In this document: piece after piece, positions 13,399-25,632 of the stretch | Layout: each line of letters opens with the position of its first letter | How positions within the stretch are numbered: the stretch's first letter is position 1 | NCBI GenBank assembly: GCA_030264375.1 | Contig: JASCQW010000072.1 | Coordinates: 81,463,823 to 81,527,822 of the forward strand | Origin: Carcharhinus longimanus | Lineage: Eukaryota | Reading direction: 5' to 3' | DNA: 64,000 nucleotides | The notes under the pieces: model-generated | Databases searched by the model: none | What the model was told of the DNA's origin: nothing | What the model saw: only the letters and a program-made list of their open reading frames with translations | Made by a program: the position numbers and the translations under genes

Positions 13399-15009
13399 TA
13401 TATTTCCTCAGGTTCCATCTCCTTTATACTTTTGATGGGTATAGCATTTATCTTTATATTACATAATAGTAGTGTGCATAAAATTCTGAACAAACCTAAT
13501 TGCTAATGGTTTTTCAAATTCTTAACAGCTATTTCAAGAGGTGAAAATGAAATTTTAATCTCTTGTGAATCCTGGTCTATAAATAAAGCAGTTACGTAAT
13601 AGGCAAGTAAGTTGGCACGCATAAGCAATTCCAACTACAGCATCAAACTTGTTCAGGGCTTTGTTCTAAATCAAAACACAGCATTTCGTCATTCTCTGCA
13701 AGCTATGAAAGGTGTCACTTTTTGTTCGCAATTTCAATTGACATCTGTTCCTTCATTAAAATTTTACACGGGCCAATTGTGTTCAGTAATCTCCTTGCGT
13801 TATTTATGAACTTTGAGCCACATATCAAATAAACTAAAATGGAATCACGGTCTCTGGAGGTAGCAAAAATAAACTTTAAAAAGGTAAATCAGCATCGGAA
13901 CAAAGGATTCATTTTGAAAACCAAAATAGTTGAAGATTTCAGAATTTTTAATTGATTTTTTTTATTGTTCCTGCTATCAAATTAGTCAGGACGCAGGGAG
14001 TAAGCCAAGACACCATCCAATGTCATATATTGATCCTAGATTCAATCTCCCATCTGCATTGCATTAGCTGATCTCAATTTAGATGGCATATTGGAACATT
14101 TCCAAATGGCACCAATGGTCTGAGCTAGTGAAAGAAAAATGAACAGCGCTGCAACTTGACAGTTATTCAACAAACTCCGAGGGAAGTGAGTGAGTGGACG
14201 TGAGCACAATTTGGGTGAGAACTTCAAACGTGGCTAGTAGGTAAAATAAAAATTGCTAACAGTTACTGTCTATGCTGACATGTAAGGAGTCGCAAGTTAG
14301 ATCAGATATTAAAGAGTTACTGGTGATCATGGGGTGCTTGAGGGGTGCTTCAGGGAAGATTTGAGAAAAAGGGTAGAAAAGGTGGAAAATAAATGTTACT
14401 TGGGGAGGTTGCATATTGAAAATGGTCTTCTTGTGGTTATATTGAAAATAGGAATCACAGAATTCCAGTCTTTGCTTTAGATACAAAATACATTATTAAC
14501 TACAGTTACCAGAAGCATAACTCTTTATGATTTAGCTCAGAAAACCCAACCACAACATGTAATTAAAATGTTTGAGTCATATTTAAACTGTCAGTAAAAA
14601 TTATGCCACAGATTATGTAATTCTTTCAGTTAAATTAAGTAGTTTGGAAAATTACACCATCATTCATCAAGCAATTATCATTTTTTGTGGAGCCAAAATA
14701 GAATTTTAATAAATATTTTTGCTGGCTTACAAGTGTTGCAGTTTATTTCTGCCCTTGTTTACAGAATAAAGATGCAATTTCTGAGAAACCCACTGAGGAA
14801 CCAAGTTGCATAATGCAGGATACCAACAAGATCAAAACAGCTGAGGTAGAAATTGTGAAATAAATATTATTGACTAGATAATGTCAGGCTTGGGTTTCAA
14901 AAGTCTGTAAATTAAAAGATGGAGGAGAGATAGAGGAAGCTGAGGTTTTGAGGTATTGGAAAGTAGTAAGCACAGTAAAATAAACAGTGAGAAAAGTCAC
15001 TCCAACAGT

Positions 15010-15885
15010 ATGTACCAAGTTCTACCTCACTACCACCCTGCTCAATCTCTCCACTGTCTCTAAATTGTCAGAACTGCTGTCTGGCATTCAGTGCTGGATG
15101 GGCAGAAAATTACTTCAATTAAATGAAGCCCTCACCAACACAAGCTCTGTGCCCTTGCCATTCATTCTACCCCTCTCTCAGGTGACAGATAGCCTGAATC
15201 AAGCTGATCACAAGCTTGGTGTCACATCTGACCCAGAAATAAGGTTCTGATCACATACCTGCACGTCACTTAAATCATCTATTTCTACCACTATAAAGCA
15301 ACCCCACTGCGCCCCTACACAGCTGATCTGCTGCTGAAATCCCCAGCCATGCCAATGTTATATCTGACCTGACTATTCTACTGCATCCGAGTTTCTCTCC
15401 CATGTTTTACTCTCTGTAATCTTGATGTCATCCAAAACTCTGTTGCTTATGTCCTAAATCACATCTAATACTGTTCATCCATTACCGATGTTTTCTGACT
15501 TATGTGGATTCCCAGTTAAGTAACAATTTAAAATTCTCATCCTTCTTTTCAAAGCTTTCCATGGTCTCTCCCCTTCCTATTTGTCCTCCAGCCCATTTTA
15601 CTCCGAGCTATCTGCACTACTCGAATTCAGGTTCCTTGATCGTCCCCAATTTTAACGGCACCACCATTGGTGATCGTATCTTGAGCTGCCCAGGCCCTCA
15701 GTTCTAGAATTTCCTCTCTAAACTCCTCTCTTCCTCTCTTTCTTCCTTTAAGACAGTCCTTAAAACTTGCATCTTAAACTATTGGGCATCTTCCCCAGGA
15801 ATCCTTACATGGCCCAGTGCCCTTTTAAATCATCGAGAAATACTTAGTTACATTAAAGGTGCTATATTAATACAAGGTGCTATTG
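15010..15885 (+). mobile_element. L2 LINE 3' fragment
   Basis: TKFYLTTT...STVSKLSELLSGIQCWMGRKLLQLN matches the L2 post-YADD pattern TQLY...CLxDIxxWMxxNxLxLN. Ends in the L2-type tail TAAAGGTGCTATATTAATACAAG. Confidence 0.8.
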
Positions 15886-17169
15886 CATCTTGATTTCAAC
15901 ACAGTAAACTTGCAAGTTGGAAGAACAGCAGGTAGAATAGTACATTTAATGCTTGAGGCTTTAGTTTTTTGTTAATTCTCTGTAGAGAAAGATTGCGAGA
16001 AATCAGCATAGATATTACTGGTGTCTGTCTGAATGGGGATTGTGGGGTCAAACTTCCTTTGGTTCCGTGATTTCGGCCGTAAATAATAGAGCCATGCAGA
16101 TCAAGTATATAGGAGGTTCAAAATCAGATTTGTGAGAACAGGGCTTCCCATCCTCTCATGGAGTGATGGGTGGGAATGGAAGGGGGCAGGGGGGTGCAGA
16201 TCGGAAGTCATCCAGGAGATCCAGTAACAGCTAAGTCTCAGTGACTATTAGATGAGAACATAATTGGACTTAAGCCACGATGCTTCTGGCAATTGAATAG
16301 CCTCGTTGCAGTCTGTCATAACTCACAAATCAATAATGGTCGCTTGCAGGAGGAAAGAAATTAAGAAAGAAAATTGGACTGGGAACAAATATCCTTGGGA
16401 TCAGGGAAACCTCAAAGCACACAAATTACATTTCAACTTATTTGAAAGGGTGATAATTTCTTATGTTTTATCAGATTATGAATCAGTATTAAATTATAAT
16501 TTTTGCTCTTCCCATCATTGTTTCTATTGGTATCATAGTGTACTTATTGCCATAATTCATTCACAAATCACATATTATATCACATATTACATCTCACCAT
16601 GCTGTTTTTTTCTGCTTTTTGTGGAGATGAGCTAAAAACAGGAGATGATTGAGGGAAACTATGTGGTGAAGCAAATGACAGCACTGCCATTTCAACCCTG
16701 AAGCACGAGTTTAACTCTAATATTGATCTGATGGGAGTTGTCTTTCATTGTTCAGTATAAGGAATAAATACGAATGAATTAGGGGCAGTTTCGCCCCAGT
16801 CCAGGTAGTTAATAACAAGTTACATGCGATTGATAATAAATTGGTACGATAATTTAGAAGCCAAGGACAAATAAAAAATGTCCGAGCGTTGTTGCTTACT
16901 AGTTGGAGTGTATCACCTTTGTTGAAGTAAAGGAAAGGAAAAAAAACCCTTCCTTTGCACAAGGATGTGTGGGGGAAGGGCAGAGATGGCAGTGTGCTTA
17001 AATTGCATGATGGAGCACTGGCTCTTAGTCTACGTCTCCATGCAATGGCTGGGTTTTGGCCTCAATAATGGGCTCACATGTAGACTGAAAAATTCTAGTC
17101 AGCATCGTGAGACTGGCTTGAATAGGTCCTTTAAGTTGCTCAATTGTCCACATAGCACTTAGACCGACT

Positions 17170-17503
17170 TAGAATTCCTACAGTACAGAAAAAGGCCATT
17201 TGGCCCATCGAGTCTGCACCGACCACAATCCCACCCAGGCCCTACCCCCNNNNNNNNNNNNNNNNNNNNNNNNNNNNNNNNNNNNNNNNNNNNNNNNNNN
17301 NNNNNNNNNNNNNNNNNNNNNNNNNNNNNNNNNNNNNNNNNNNNNNNNNNNNNNNNNNNNNNNNNNNNNNNNNNNNNNNNNNNNNNNNNNNNNNNACACG
17401 AGGAGAATGTGCAAACTCCACACAGACAGTGACCCGAGCCAGGAATTGAACCCAGGTCCCTGGAGCTGTGAAAAAGCAGTGCTAACCACTGTCTACTGTG
17501 CCA
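17170..17503 (-). mobile_element. V-domain tRNA-derived SINE (HE1-like) with CR1-derived tail, gapped
   Basis: The reverse complement has GTGGTTAGCACTGC (A box), GGGTTCAATTCC (B box) and GTGTGGAGTTTGCACATTCTCC. Same family as 32955. Confidence 0.9.
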
Positions 17504-17719
17504 CTTGTGAACCAGTCTCTTCTAAAATGACCCAGAGACTAAAAACATGCTAGCAAACTGACACCCTGCACTCTGACACCAAATTATCGACATAACTCCT
17601 TCTAATCGCACCTTCTTAGCCAAGGAAAATTAAGCCGGTTAACTCTGCTTCTCTCTTTTTTGGGATATCACTACCAGGCCTGCTCAGTAATTCCAGCATT
17701 TTGTGTTATTTTCTCTTAT

Positions 17720-18220
17720 TTATTCTTCTTTAAATCATTCATGATTTTGAACACCCCTATTAAATCTCCTCCAAAATTTAATTGTTCCAAAGAGAACAAG
17801 CCCAGATTCTCTATTTTCTCCACATGACTGGTACCATTTCAATAAATCACTCCTACACTAGTTGCAACACCTTGAAATTCTTAATAAAGTACACTGTCCA
17901 GAACGGAATACAATAGTCCAGCTGAGGCCAAACTGATATTCACCACAACTTTACCTCTATTAGTACAGCCAAGGACTGCATACACTTTTTTAAACAGCTT
18001 TTTCAACTTGTTCTCCCAACATCAAAGATCTCTGTACATAAATCCTCAGGTGTCTCTGTTCCTGCAATCCCTTGAAGGTTGTATCATTTAGTTAATATTG
18101 CCTCTCCTTGTTCTTCCCATCAGAGTATCATACTTCTCTGTATTACGTTTCATCTGCTGTGTATATGCTCATATCACCAGTGTGTTCATGCCCTCCAGAA
18201 TTTGTTCATTATTACGCTCA
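17720..18220 (-). mobile_element. Old CR1 LINE ORF2 3' fragment
   Basis: CCAGAACGGAATACAATAGTCCAGCTGAGGCC is the reverse complement of an RPQLDYCIPFW-type CR1 motif. Confidence 0.65.
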
Positions 18221-19078
18221 GAAAATCCCATAGCAGGATTCAAAAGAACAGGTTGTTTCTTGATGGTTTTATAACTTTGATAAGCTTGTCTTTCCCAAAG
18301 GAGGAGACAGATGTCCAAAAGCAGTTACATTTGGACAAAAATCTTCTTGAGAAATAACTGATCTTCTGCCTAATTAGAACATTTTACTACAGGACGTATA
18401 TACCAGTGACCGTAAAGTTGGGTTAAACACGCATATGTATGACAATTGTGCACCAGGCCTCAAATTATCCATGAGCAATGCAATGACAATTGAATCAATT
18501 TTTCTTAAAGAAGAAAACTGTCCAATTATGCATGCATTTTTTAACAAGATTTTCCACAACCTTAACCCNNNNNNNNNNTGCTCATTCATTTTTATTTGTT
18601 GTCCCCAGAGTATGTATTAAATGCGATGTGCTAATGCAGTTTTAATGTCAATATACTTCATTTCAAGCCAAATGTAATTACACCAAAGTAAATATGGTAT
18701 ATCTCAATATCTGTATAACTCAACTGCATCAACTCAAGATTCAATAGGGTAGAATTTCAACAGCCACCCCGGGCATAAAATCTGCATTTGCAAATTAGCT
18801 TCACATAACAAAAACTGTCCAATTTTTAATTCCATTGATATCAAGAAATGAAATTTGAGTGATTACATAAATTCCATCTTGCACATAACTTTGCCGTTCA
18901 TGATTTATCCTGAATAACTATGGACCTTAAATATCCTGATGGGTTCCCTATTAATAGCCCCATTTTAATAGCCTGAAATCTGAAAGATTTTTGATGATGA
19001 CAACATTCACCATCATTGCCCTTCTGAATCTGACTGCAACTTCAGGACTTAGCCAAGCACCGATAATGCTGAAGCCAT

Positions 19079-19282
19079 TGGCTGAAACTTTCCAGCCGTT
19101 CACGCCAGTGGGACATTGCCACCAACGGCACACCCCCACTGTGCATTTCATGGGGGAGAAGGATGCATTCAATGGGAAACCTGTTTGCCAATAGCAGGAC
19201 CAGAAGATCCTGCTGCCAGCCAATGGTGGGCTGCCTCCCATCACTGTGAAACACGTGGTGTATTCTGCGGTAAATCCCATCC
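19079..19282. mobile_element. Harbinger-type MITE
   Basis: Starts TGGCTGAAACTTTCCAGCC, like 63841 (GGGCAGAATTTTCCAGCC). GC-rich block of about 200 bp with a degenerate right end GGTAAATCCCATCC. Confidence 0.55.
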
Positions 19283-19691
19283 GTGATCTGTCCTTTACTG
19301 CTCCGTCAAATGGTACCCTGTAGAGCACCATCATTCTCTGCACCGCACCACACCACCACCAGAAATCAGTAAGACTAGTTGATTTGCAACAACTTCCCTT
19401 TTCCATTCTAATATTGCTATTAGGACCTCATTCAAAGTTAAGTGTTCAATGAGACGGAACTGGGTTTTAATGCAGATCTGCGAATTACCACTGAACAATC
19501 TATGTGGCCCTAAAAATGTGAAAGATTATTAAATGTCTCCATTATAAATAATTAATAGACTAACTAATTCTTAAAAATAATTATAATATATTTTGATGTT
19601 TATAATGTGACATTTCAGCATTGACCGACGTACGCTTATGCACCAATCTATATTTCTCTCTGCAAAACTTTTAAAAAATGACTCAGATATT

Positions 19692-19765
19692 ACATAGAAC
19701 ATAGAACATAGAACATAGAACATACAGCGCGGAACAGGCCCTTCGGCCCACAATGTTGCGCCGAC
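19692..19765 (-). mobile_element. Young CR1 3' tail with (CATAGAA)n
   Basis: Four CATAGAA units plus CATACAGCGCGGAACAGGCCCTTCGGCCCACAATGTTGCGCCGAC, identical to about 21659-21717. Confidence 0.85.
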
Positions 19766-20280
19766 NNNNNNNNNNNNNNNNNNNNNNNNNNNNNNNNNNN
19801 NNNNNNNNNNNNNNNNNNNNNNNNNNNNNNNNNNNNNNNNNNNNNNNNNNNNNNNNNNNNNNNNNTGAATCAGTTTAAACCACTCCGCATAGCCTTCACA
19901 AATTTACCCCCCAGGATATTTGTTCCCCTCTGGTTCAGATGTGTACCATCACTCTTATAGAGATCTTATAGATTACGGTTTTTCATTTCCCGGTTGGGCA
20001 TCCAGCAGAATTCTTTAAAAAGATTGGCTGCTTGAACTGGGTCAAATGGCACCACTGCACTTTGCCGCTTGAAAATGCTTAGCAAATAAAGAATGTAACA
20101 CTCGAAAGAAGAGTAAGCGTTATCCAGACAGACTCCCAGATTTCAAAGAGATTGTTCTTGTCTTGCTTTGCCACCAATTGCAAAATCAGGTCAAGATTCT
20201 TGTACACATTTTCCATAGAAACAACCCACCCTGTCTCTCACAACAACAAACATTTTACTATGTGAAATGCACTATATAAA

Positions 20281-20600
20281 AGCAGCCAGCGTAATCAAGG
20301 ACACACACAACCGGACATATTCTCTTCGACCATCTTCCTTAGGGAAAGACATACAAAAGTCTGAGATCACGTACCAACTGACTCAAGAACAGCTTTTTCT
20401 CTGCTGCCATCAGGCTTTTGAATAGATCTACCTTAAATTAAGTTGATCTTTCTCGACACTCTAGCTATGACTGTTACACTATATCCTGTATTTTCTCCTC
20501 TCTTTCTCTATGTTCGGTATGCTTTGTCTGTATAGTGCGCAAGAAACAATACTTTTCACTGCATACTAATACATGTGACATCAATGAATCAAATCAAATT
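20281..20600 (+). mobile_element. Rex1/Babar LINE 3' end
   Basis: AASVIKDTH...RYKSLRSRTN*LKNSFFSAAIRLLN matches the Rex1 C-terminal pattern TxRLxNSFFPxAIRLLN. Ends in (ATCAA)n. Confidence 0.8.
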
Positions 20601-20699
20601 TAATCTAAGTGGTCTTGCCAGATCTGACAATTAAACCAATTGTTAAGTAAAAAGGTGTTCAATTCTGCATGCCTTGGACTTTTAAGAACAGAGATTAGG

Positions 20700-21250
20700 G
20701 GTTGACAGTGGAAATGAGTTGGGTGAAAAAGAGCATTAGTTTTAGCGGGATCAAAGGCAAAAATGTTGAAGAGCGGGTGATTCAACAAATCAACTGCTAC
20801 TGACATATTGAAGGCCAAAGCTTAGATTGCCGATAATTTGAAAGTGCAATTAAATGATTGGAGAGGAATATGGGAGGAGGTAGGGAAACATGGGTAGGGA
20901 GGGATACAAGGAAATGATCAGAGCTTGCCCCACTGAGGATCATAAGGTTGGCCGTGTGAAATGTCAAGACTGAAGGGTCCATGAATATGGGTAGGGCTGA
21001 AAGATTCAGGAAAGAGGGCAGTTCTCAGGGGAGAGAGAATAAGTTGGAAATTTAATCACTGAGGATAAGAATTCACCCAATGCAGAGAGTGAAGTAAAAA
21101 GCAGAGAAGATATTTCAGTGATAAATCTGGAGTTATGGGTGGCACAGAACAAGGATTTTAAATGAGAGATAAAGAGGAAACAGGATAGGAGACAAACCAA
21201 GGTCTGATTTGGAGCTAATTCTACACCTACCCCTGTGCTTCTCTCAGCAT
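20700..21250 (-). mobile_element. Decayed L2 LINE endonuclease region
   Basis: Minus-strand pieces FKILVL, FITEISSLL, LILSD and PTHIHG resemble the L2 AP-endonuclease motifs LILGDFN and PTHxxGxxLDL. Confidence 0.55.
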
Positions 21251-21653
21251 CACTGAAACAGTCCATATTTTTCAGCTCTACATTCCAGCACGTACTTCTG
21301 TTCTTGATCTACTGTGGCTTTCTCTTTGACAAAGGCCATTTTTCACTTGCACTCAAGTTTCCTCTTAAATGCCTCTAGTTTCATACAATTCTCCCATCTT
21401 CAAAAGCCTCCCCAAAAGCTGTCTTTTCAACTTTACCTCTGTAACAGTCCTCTCCAGTTCAGTGATCTTCTATGTGCCTTGGGACATTATTGCATATGTA
21501 CACACACACAATCAATTTGTTCTTATTGTTATTGTTCAGGTCAGAAAGTCCAAAGTGTTGCATGGAACCTGCCTGGATCATAAATTTTGCACCTTGAATT
21601 TGTCAAGGATAAGCATGATATGTTTCACCTTGGATATGATTCAAATGACCCAC

Positions 21654-21912
21654 TAGAACATAGAACATAGAACATACAGCGCGGAACAGGCCCTTCGGCC
21701 CACAATGTTGCGCCGACCAGTCTTATTATTTAAAAAANNNNNNNNNNNNNNNNNNNNNNNNNNNNNNNNNNNNNNNNNNNNNNNNNNNNNNNNNNNNNNN
21801 NNNNNNNNNNNNNNNNNNNNNNNNNNNNNNNNNNNNNACAACTTCCCCCTACTGTCTGTAACTGGCCCTAATCTTGCCCTAACCAACCTTCTGTTCTTGA
21901 CATACCTATAGA
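21654..21912 (-). mobile_element. Young CR1 LINE (tail and ORF2 piece) collapsed across a 100-N gap
   Basis: (CATAGAA)n tail left of the gap and VRARLGPVTDSRGKL right of the gap. Confidence 0.85.
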
Positions 21913-22639
21913 ACTAGGGATCTTTTATCAAACAAAGTTTATTTAAGAATACAGTTAACATGTATAGTAAGAAAATTAACAATAACTTATCAATTACAAA
22001 GAAAAGCAAAACAACCATGATAATGTATAACCCTTAACAAATATATCTAAGATGTTCCAATCAAATAATACTTCCCATAATCAAAAAAACCCTTTTCATA
22101 GGTTTAATACAGCAAAGACTAATGCTCATGTGATACTGAAACTGAGTCCTTTGTTTGGAGAATTTAAGTCCTGACTTCTCAGCTTGTAATTTCTAGTAGC
22201 CCTCTAGATACCCTCAGAATAATTTGAAGTCAGAACAGCTTCTCAGAACACCAGGGAGAGACTCTGATCAAGGCATCAACAGCAGATTCTCTAGTCCAGG
22301 AAGGTGAGAAGCCTTGATTTCAACTAATCAGCAAAACTTCCAAAACCAAGGAGAGAAAAAAAAGTGACGCTGCTTTCAGTCTGATGTCCACCCCCTCTAA
22401 ACCTCAATTGCAGCCAAACAGAAAATGAAACTTTAAATTCACTAGCAGGGGAAAAACAGTCCAGAACACACGACCTTCCTCTTAACAATGCAAAGTCATA
22501 AAAAACCCAGAGTAAAAATAAACAAACCCCATTTAAACCACTGAAGGAGCAATAAAAGGGCTTCTATAGGCAACACGGCAACACAGAGCTGCAGAGAACA
22601 TGATCTAAAAAAATGTCTTAAAGGTACACTAATGTCACA
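21913..22639 (-). mobile_element. LTR-like sequence, truncated next to the CR1 insertion
   Basis: Minus strand starts TGTGACA at 22639, has AATAAA near its far end, and shares sequence with 1960-2010. Confidence 0.55.
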
Positions 22640-23799
22640 TTATTGGTGCAATAGTAAAACAGGTGTGCAATAAAAGTTTGAAAAACATACACATGGCTTT
22701 TCTATGGATTCTCTTCATAACTTCCCATTACCACTCATTCTGTCCAAGATGACTGTGTTGTGATTTACATCAAGACTTCCATCAATTGAAGTCTCTAGAT
22801 ACGTGCCTTGGTAAACAAAGCATCTGGAATTTTGCTGTCCACATCTATCATTCTTCCTCAGTCACCATAAGCTGACAGAGGTTTGAACTTACTACACTGA
22901 GAATTGCAAATGCAGACCTGCATTCAACTACACCTTTACACAATATGTAAGAGCTGTCCAGTTGGATAATCATTGCTGATACCTTCTGTTGTCAAACTAA
23001 ATGTAATACTGATCAATATAATTTCTATACAATCAAAATCCAGATAAACACTGTGTGAAATTCAAATGGAACTTGATTGTTTGCAGATGGTTTTAAAATT
23101 ACTTCCCTAGTGCCAAAATTACATGGCTGTACTTACAGATGATAACGTAATCAAGGGGTGTAGGAGACATATTTAAAACGATAGATACTCATGAGTGAAT
23201 TACAGACTGGGAATTAATCAAGGAGTTTATATTTAGCATATATTACCAGGACATAGGTTAAAGCTAAAATTTAACCAAAAGATTCAGGTGGTTTGTCCAA
23301 TATAAAATAAAAACAATGAAATATCTCATGATTCCAAGGTACTATGCCTATGGATAATTTTATGAACCGACATTTACATAATTAATGAAAAACTATGGGA
23401 CAGCACTTAAAATTACATAGCAGGTCCAAATTACACCCAATGAGAAGACACATGGCACCCCTCCTTTCCCACTATGCGGTCATGGATGAATGTAAAAAAG
23501 AGCACAAACACTCTCAAACTTCCTCTTGCCACTGAGACATCATTTATTTGCATTGCAACAAATGCTTACTAACACTCTTTACTATAGATCCGTAATTACT
23601 TGAACTAACAGAAGCCACACTCAACCTATTGTGATGATAATAATCCTCAAAATAGTAAAAATGCACATCCACCATTAACATTCACCTCCACCATCACCAC
23701 ACTCGGCCCCATCAAGGAGCAGTAATGTGCACAACTCCCAACCTCCTCTTCATTGAGCAGTCATTTCTACACAGGCACGCTGCATGACTCACATTGAAT

Positions 23800-24065
23800 G
23801 GATACAGTAAATATTGCATGTATCACAATTGTATAGTGGCACCTCAGAGTGATCTATGTGGACAACTTAAATACCTTTGCCCCATTTGTAATAGCCACTT
23901 TGAAATGTCTGTAATGTTTCTTTGACTGGATTGAAGCATCTCAGAATGCAACATGATCTAAGTAGAAAACCTGAATATTATTGCACTGTGATGGCCGTTT
24001 TGAAATGTTTGTAATGGCCCTTCAGATACTTTACAAATAAAGTATATTTTTGTAAAAGCAAAACA
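23800..24065 (+). mobile_element. Probable L1/Tx1-type LINE 3' UTR
   Basis: TG-rich UTR-like stretch ending AATAAAGTATATTTTTGTAAAAGCAAAACAA (polyA signal plus decayed A tail). The family call is from memory of shark repeats. Confidence 0.4.
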
Positions 24066-24259
24066 ATTCATACATTGCATAGCAAATTCATAATAATTCT
24101 CCCCAACTCCCACTAAGTACAAATAGCTGGATGCATAACTAGTTCACATTTATCCCCAACACCACAATACCACTAGCCTTACGGGAGGAGAGTAAACCTT
24201 CAGGCACACATTCACTCACAAATATCCCTCTGAACTTAATGAATCAGCTGAGGATGGTT

Positions 24260-24712
24260 GGACTTAGAACATGACCTTAAGGAACTTCAGCAGTGATGTC
24301 CAGGAACTAAAATGATTGACCTCCAAAAACAACCATCTTTTGCACCAGGTATGACTTCAATCAGTGGAGAGTTTACCCCCTACTCCCATCAACTCCAGTT
24401 TTGCTTGGGCTTCTTGATGCCAAACTTTGTTAAATGCAGCCTTGACGTCAAGAGGAAGTTATTCTCACCTCACCTTGTTTATGTTTGAACCAAACTGTAA
24501 TGAGATCAGGAGCTGAGTGGCCCTGGCAGAACCCAAATTGAGCATCACTGAGCATGTTATTGCAAAGTAAGTGCCGCTTGATAGAACTGTTAATGACCTC
24601 TTCCATCAACTTAATGATGTTTGAGAGTAGACCGTGCGAACAGTAATTGGCCAGTTTGGAGTTTTCTTGCTTTTTGCGCACAGGACATACCTGGATAATT
24701 TTCCACATTTCC
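24260..24712 (-). mobile_element. CR1-clade LINE RT fragment
   Basis: MWKIIQVCPVRKKQENSKLANY...LLSNIIKLMEEVIN...LSDAQFGFCQGHSAPDLIT corresponds to non-LTR RT domains 0-2. Confidence 0.85.
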
Positions 24713-25050
24713 CCTCTTCTCTCTCCCCCTCCTCCTAAACTACTCATTTCCTCATGCTTCTTCTTCCACCTGATGCATTATTTCCCTCACTCTCTCAGCT
24801 CTCCATTACTGAACTCATATTGCTTTTCCTACACTCTCAATACACATTTTATCCCTCCTCCTTCTCAATTAATTTTTTAACCCTCTATTCTGCTCAATGC
24901 ACCCTTTCCTCTCCCTCTCCTTTACTTCATGCACTCCTCCTCCCCACACCCATGCATTTCTTTTGTCCCTCAATTTGCCTTTTTACTCCATCCTGCCTTC
25001 TTCCTTTCTCCTTCCCTCTTCCTCCTCCACACCATCTCCTACAAAACTCA
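24712..25050. repeat. Pyrimidine-rich low-complexity tract
   Basis: About 340 bp dominated by C and T on the + strand. Confidence 0.7.
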
Positions 25051-25504
25051 TTCTATTCTAGGATCTAAAATTGTTGAACTGGCTAGCTTTCACATATATA
25101 TCTGTGCGTTATACCTACAGCTTTCTAAGTGCTATGATCAATACTACAAAGCCAGTGTTTCCTGACTGATCTAATCCGTTCCCTACTCTTTTTAAATTTT
25201 GTGATCTACATGATGAACCTTTGTTTATAAAGACTGTATAAGAAGGATGCACCATCGAACTCAATTGAGGGCAGTATAAAATTGAACGAAAAGCTGTACA
25301 ATGCTGCAAAGATTACTGGTAAGTCAGAAGATTGGTTAATTTTAGAAATCAGCAAAGAACGATTAACATTAAAATATGATTAAAAAATTAACAAAAAATA
25401 TAAAAACAAATGGTAAAGTCTTACACACGTCAATTAAAAGGTGAGTGTAGGTCCTTAAGAGAGTGGAACTATTAACAATGGGAAATAATGAAATGATAAA
25501 GAGG

Positions 25505-25632
25505 AGGGGAAATTTTCCCCTTCTGCCTGCCATGGGAATCGTAGCGGGGGTAGGGGCAGACCATGCAAAGGTCCATTAACCTTGGGCGGGATTTTCTGGT
25601 TTTGGGGCGAGTGCGGCTGGAAAATACTGCCC
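25505..25632. mobile_element. About 128-bp Harbinger-type MITE inserted in the CR1
   Basis: Ends GGGGAAATTTTCC and GGAAAATACTGCCC. It interrupts CR1 coding sequence and is related to 46757-46826. Confidence 0.75.

Noticed and set aside
12789-13466. Cluster of overlapping ORFs of 70-130 aa
   Set aside because: All lie in a GC-rich TIR element where stops are rare. No transposase catalytic motif is recognisable.
18951-19406. Longest ORF in the track (151 aa)
   Set aside because: Runs through a GC-rich MITE and has no recognisable domain. Likely a chance ORF.
19692-21717. Identical about 60-nt sequences 2 kb apart that look like direct repeats bounding an element
   Set aside because: Both are tails of the same young CR1 subfamily next to gaps, not LTRs or CRISPR repeats.
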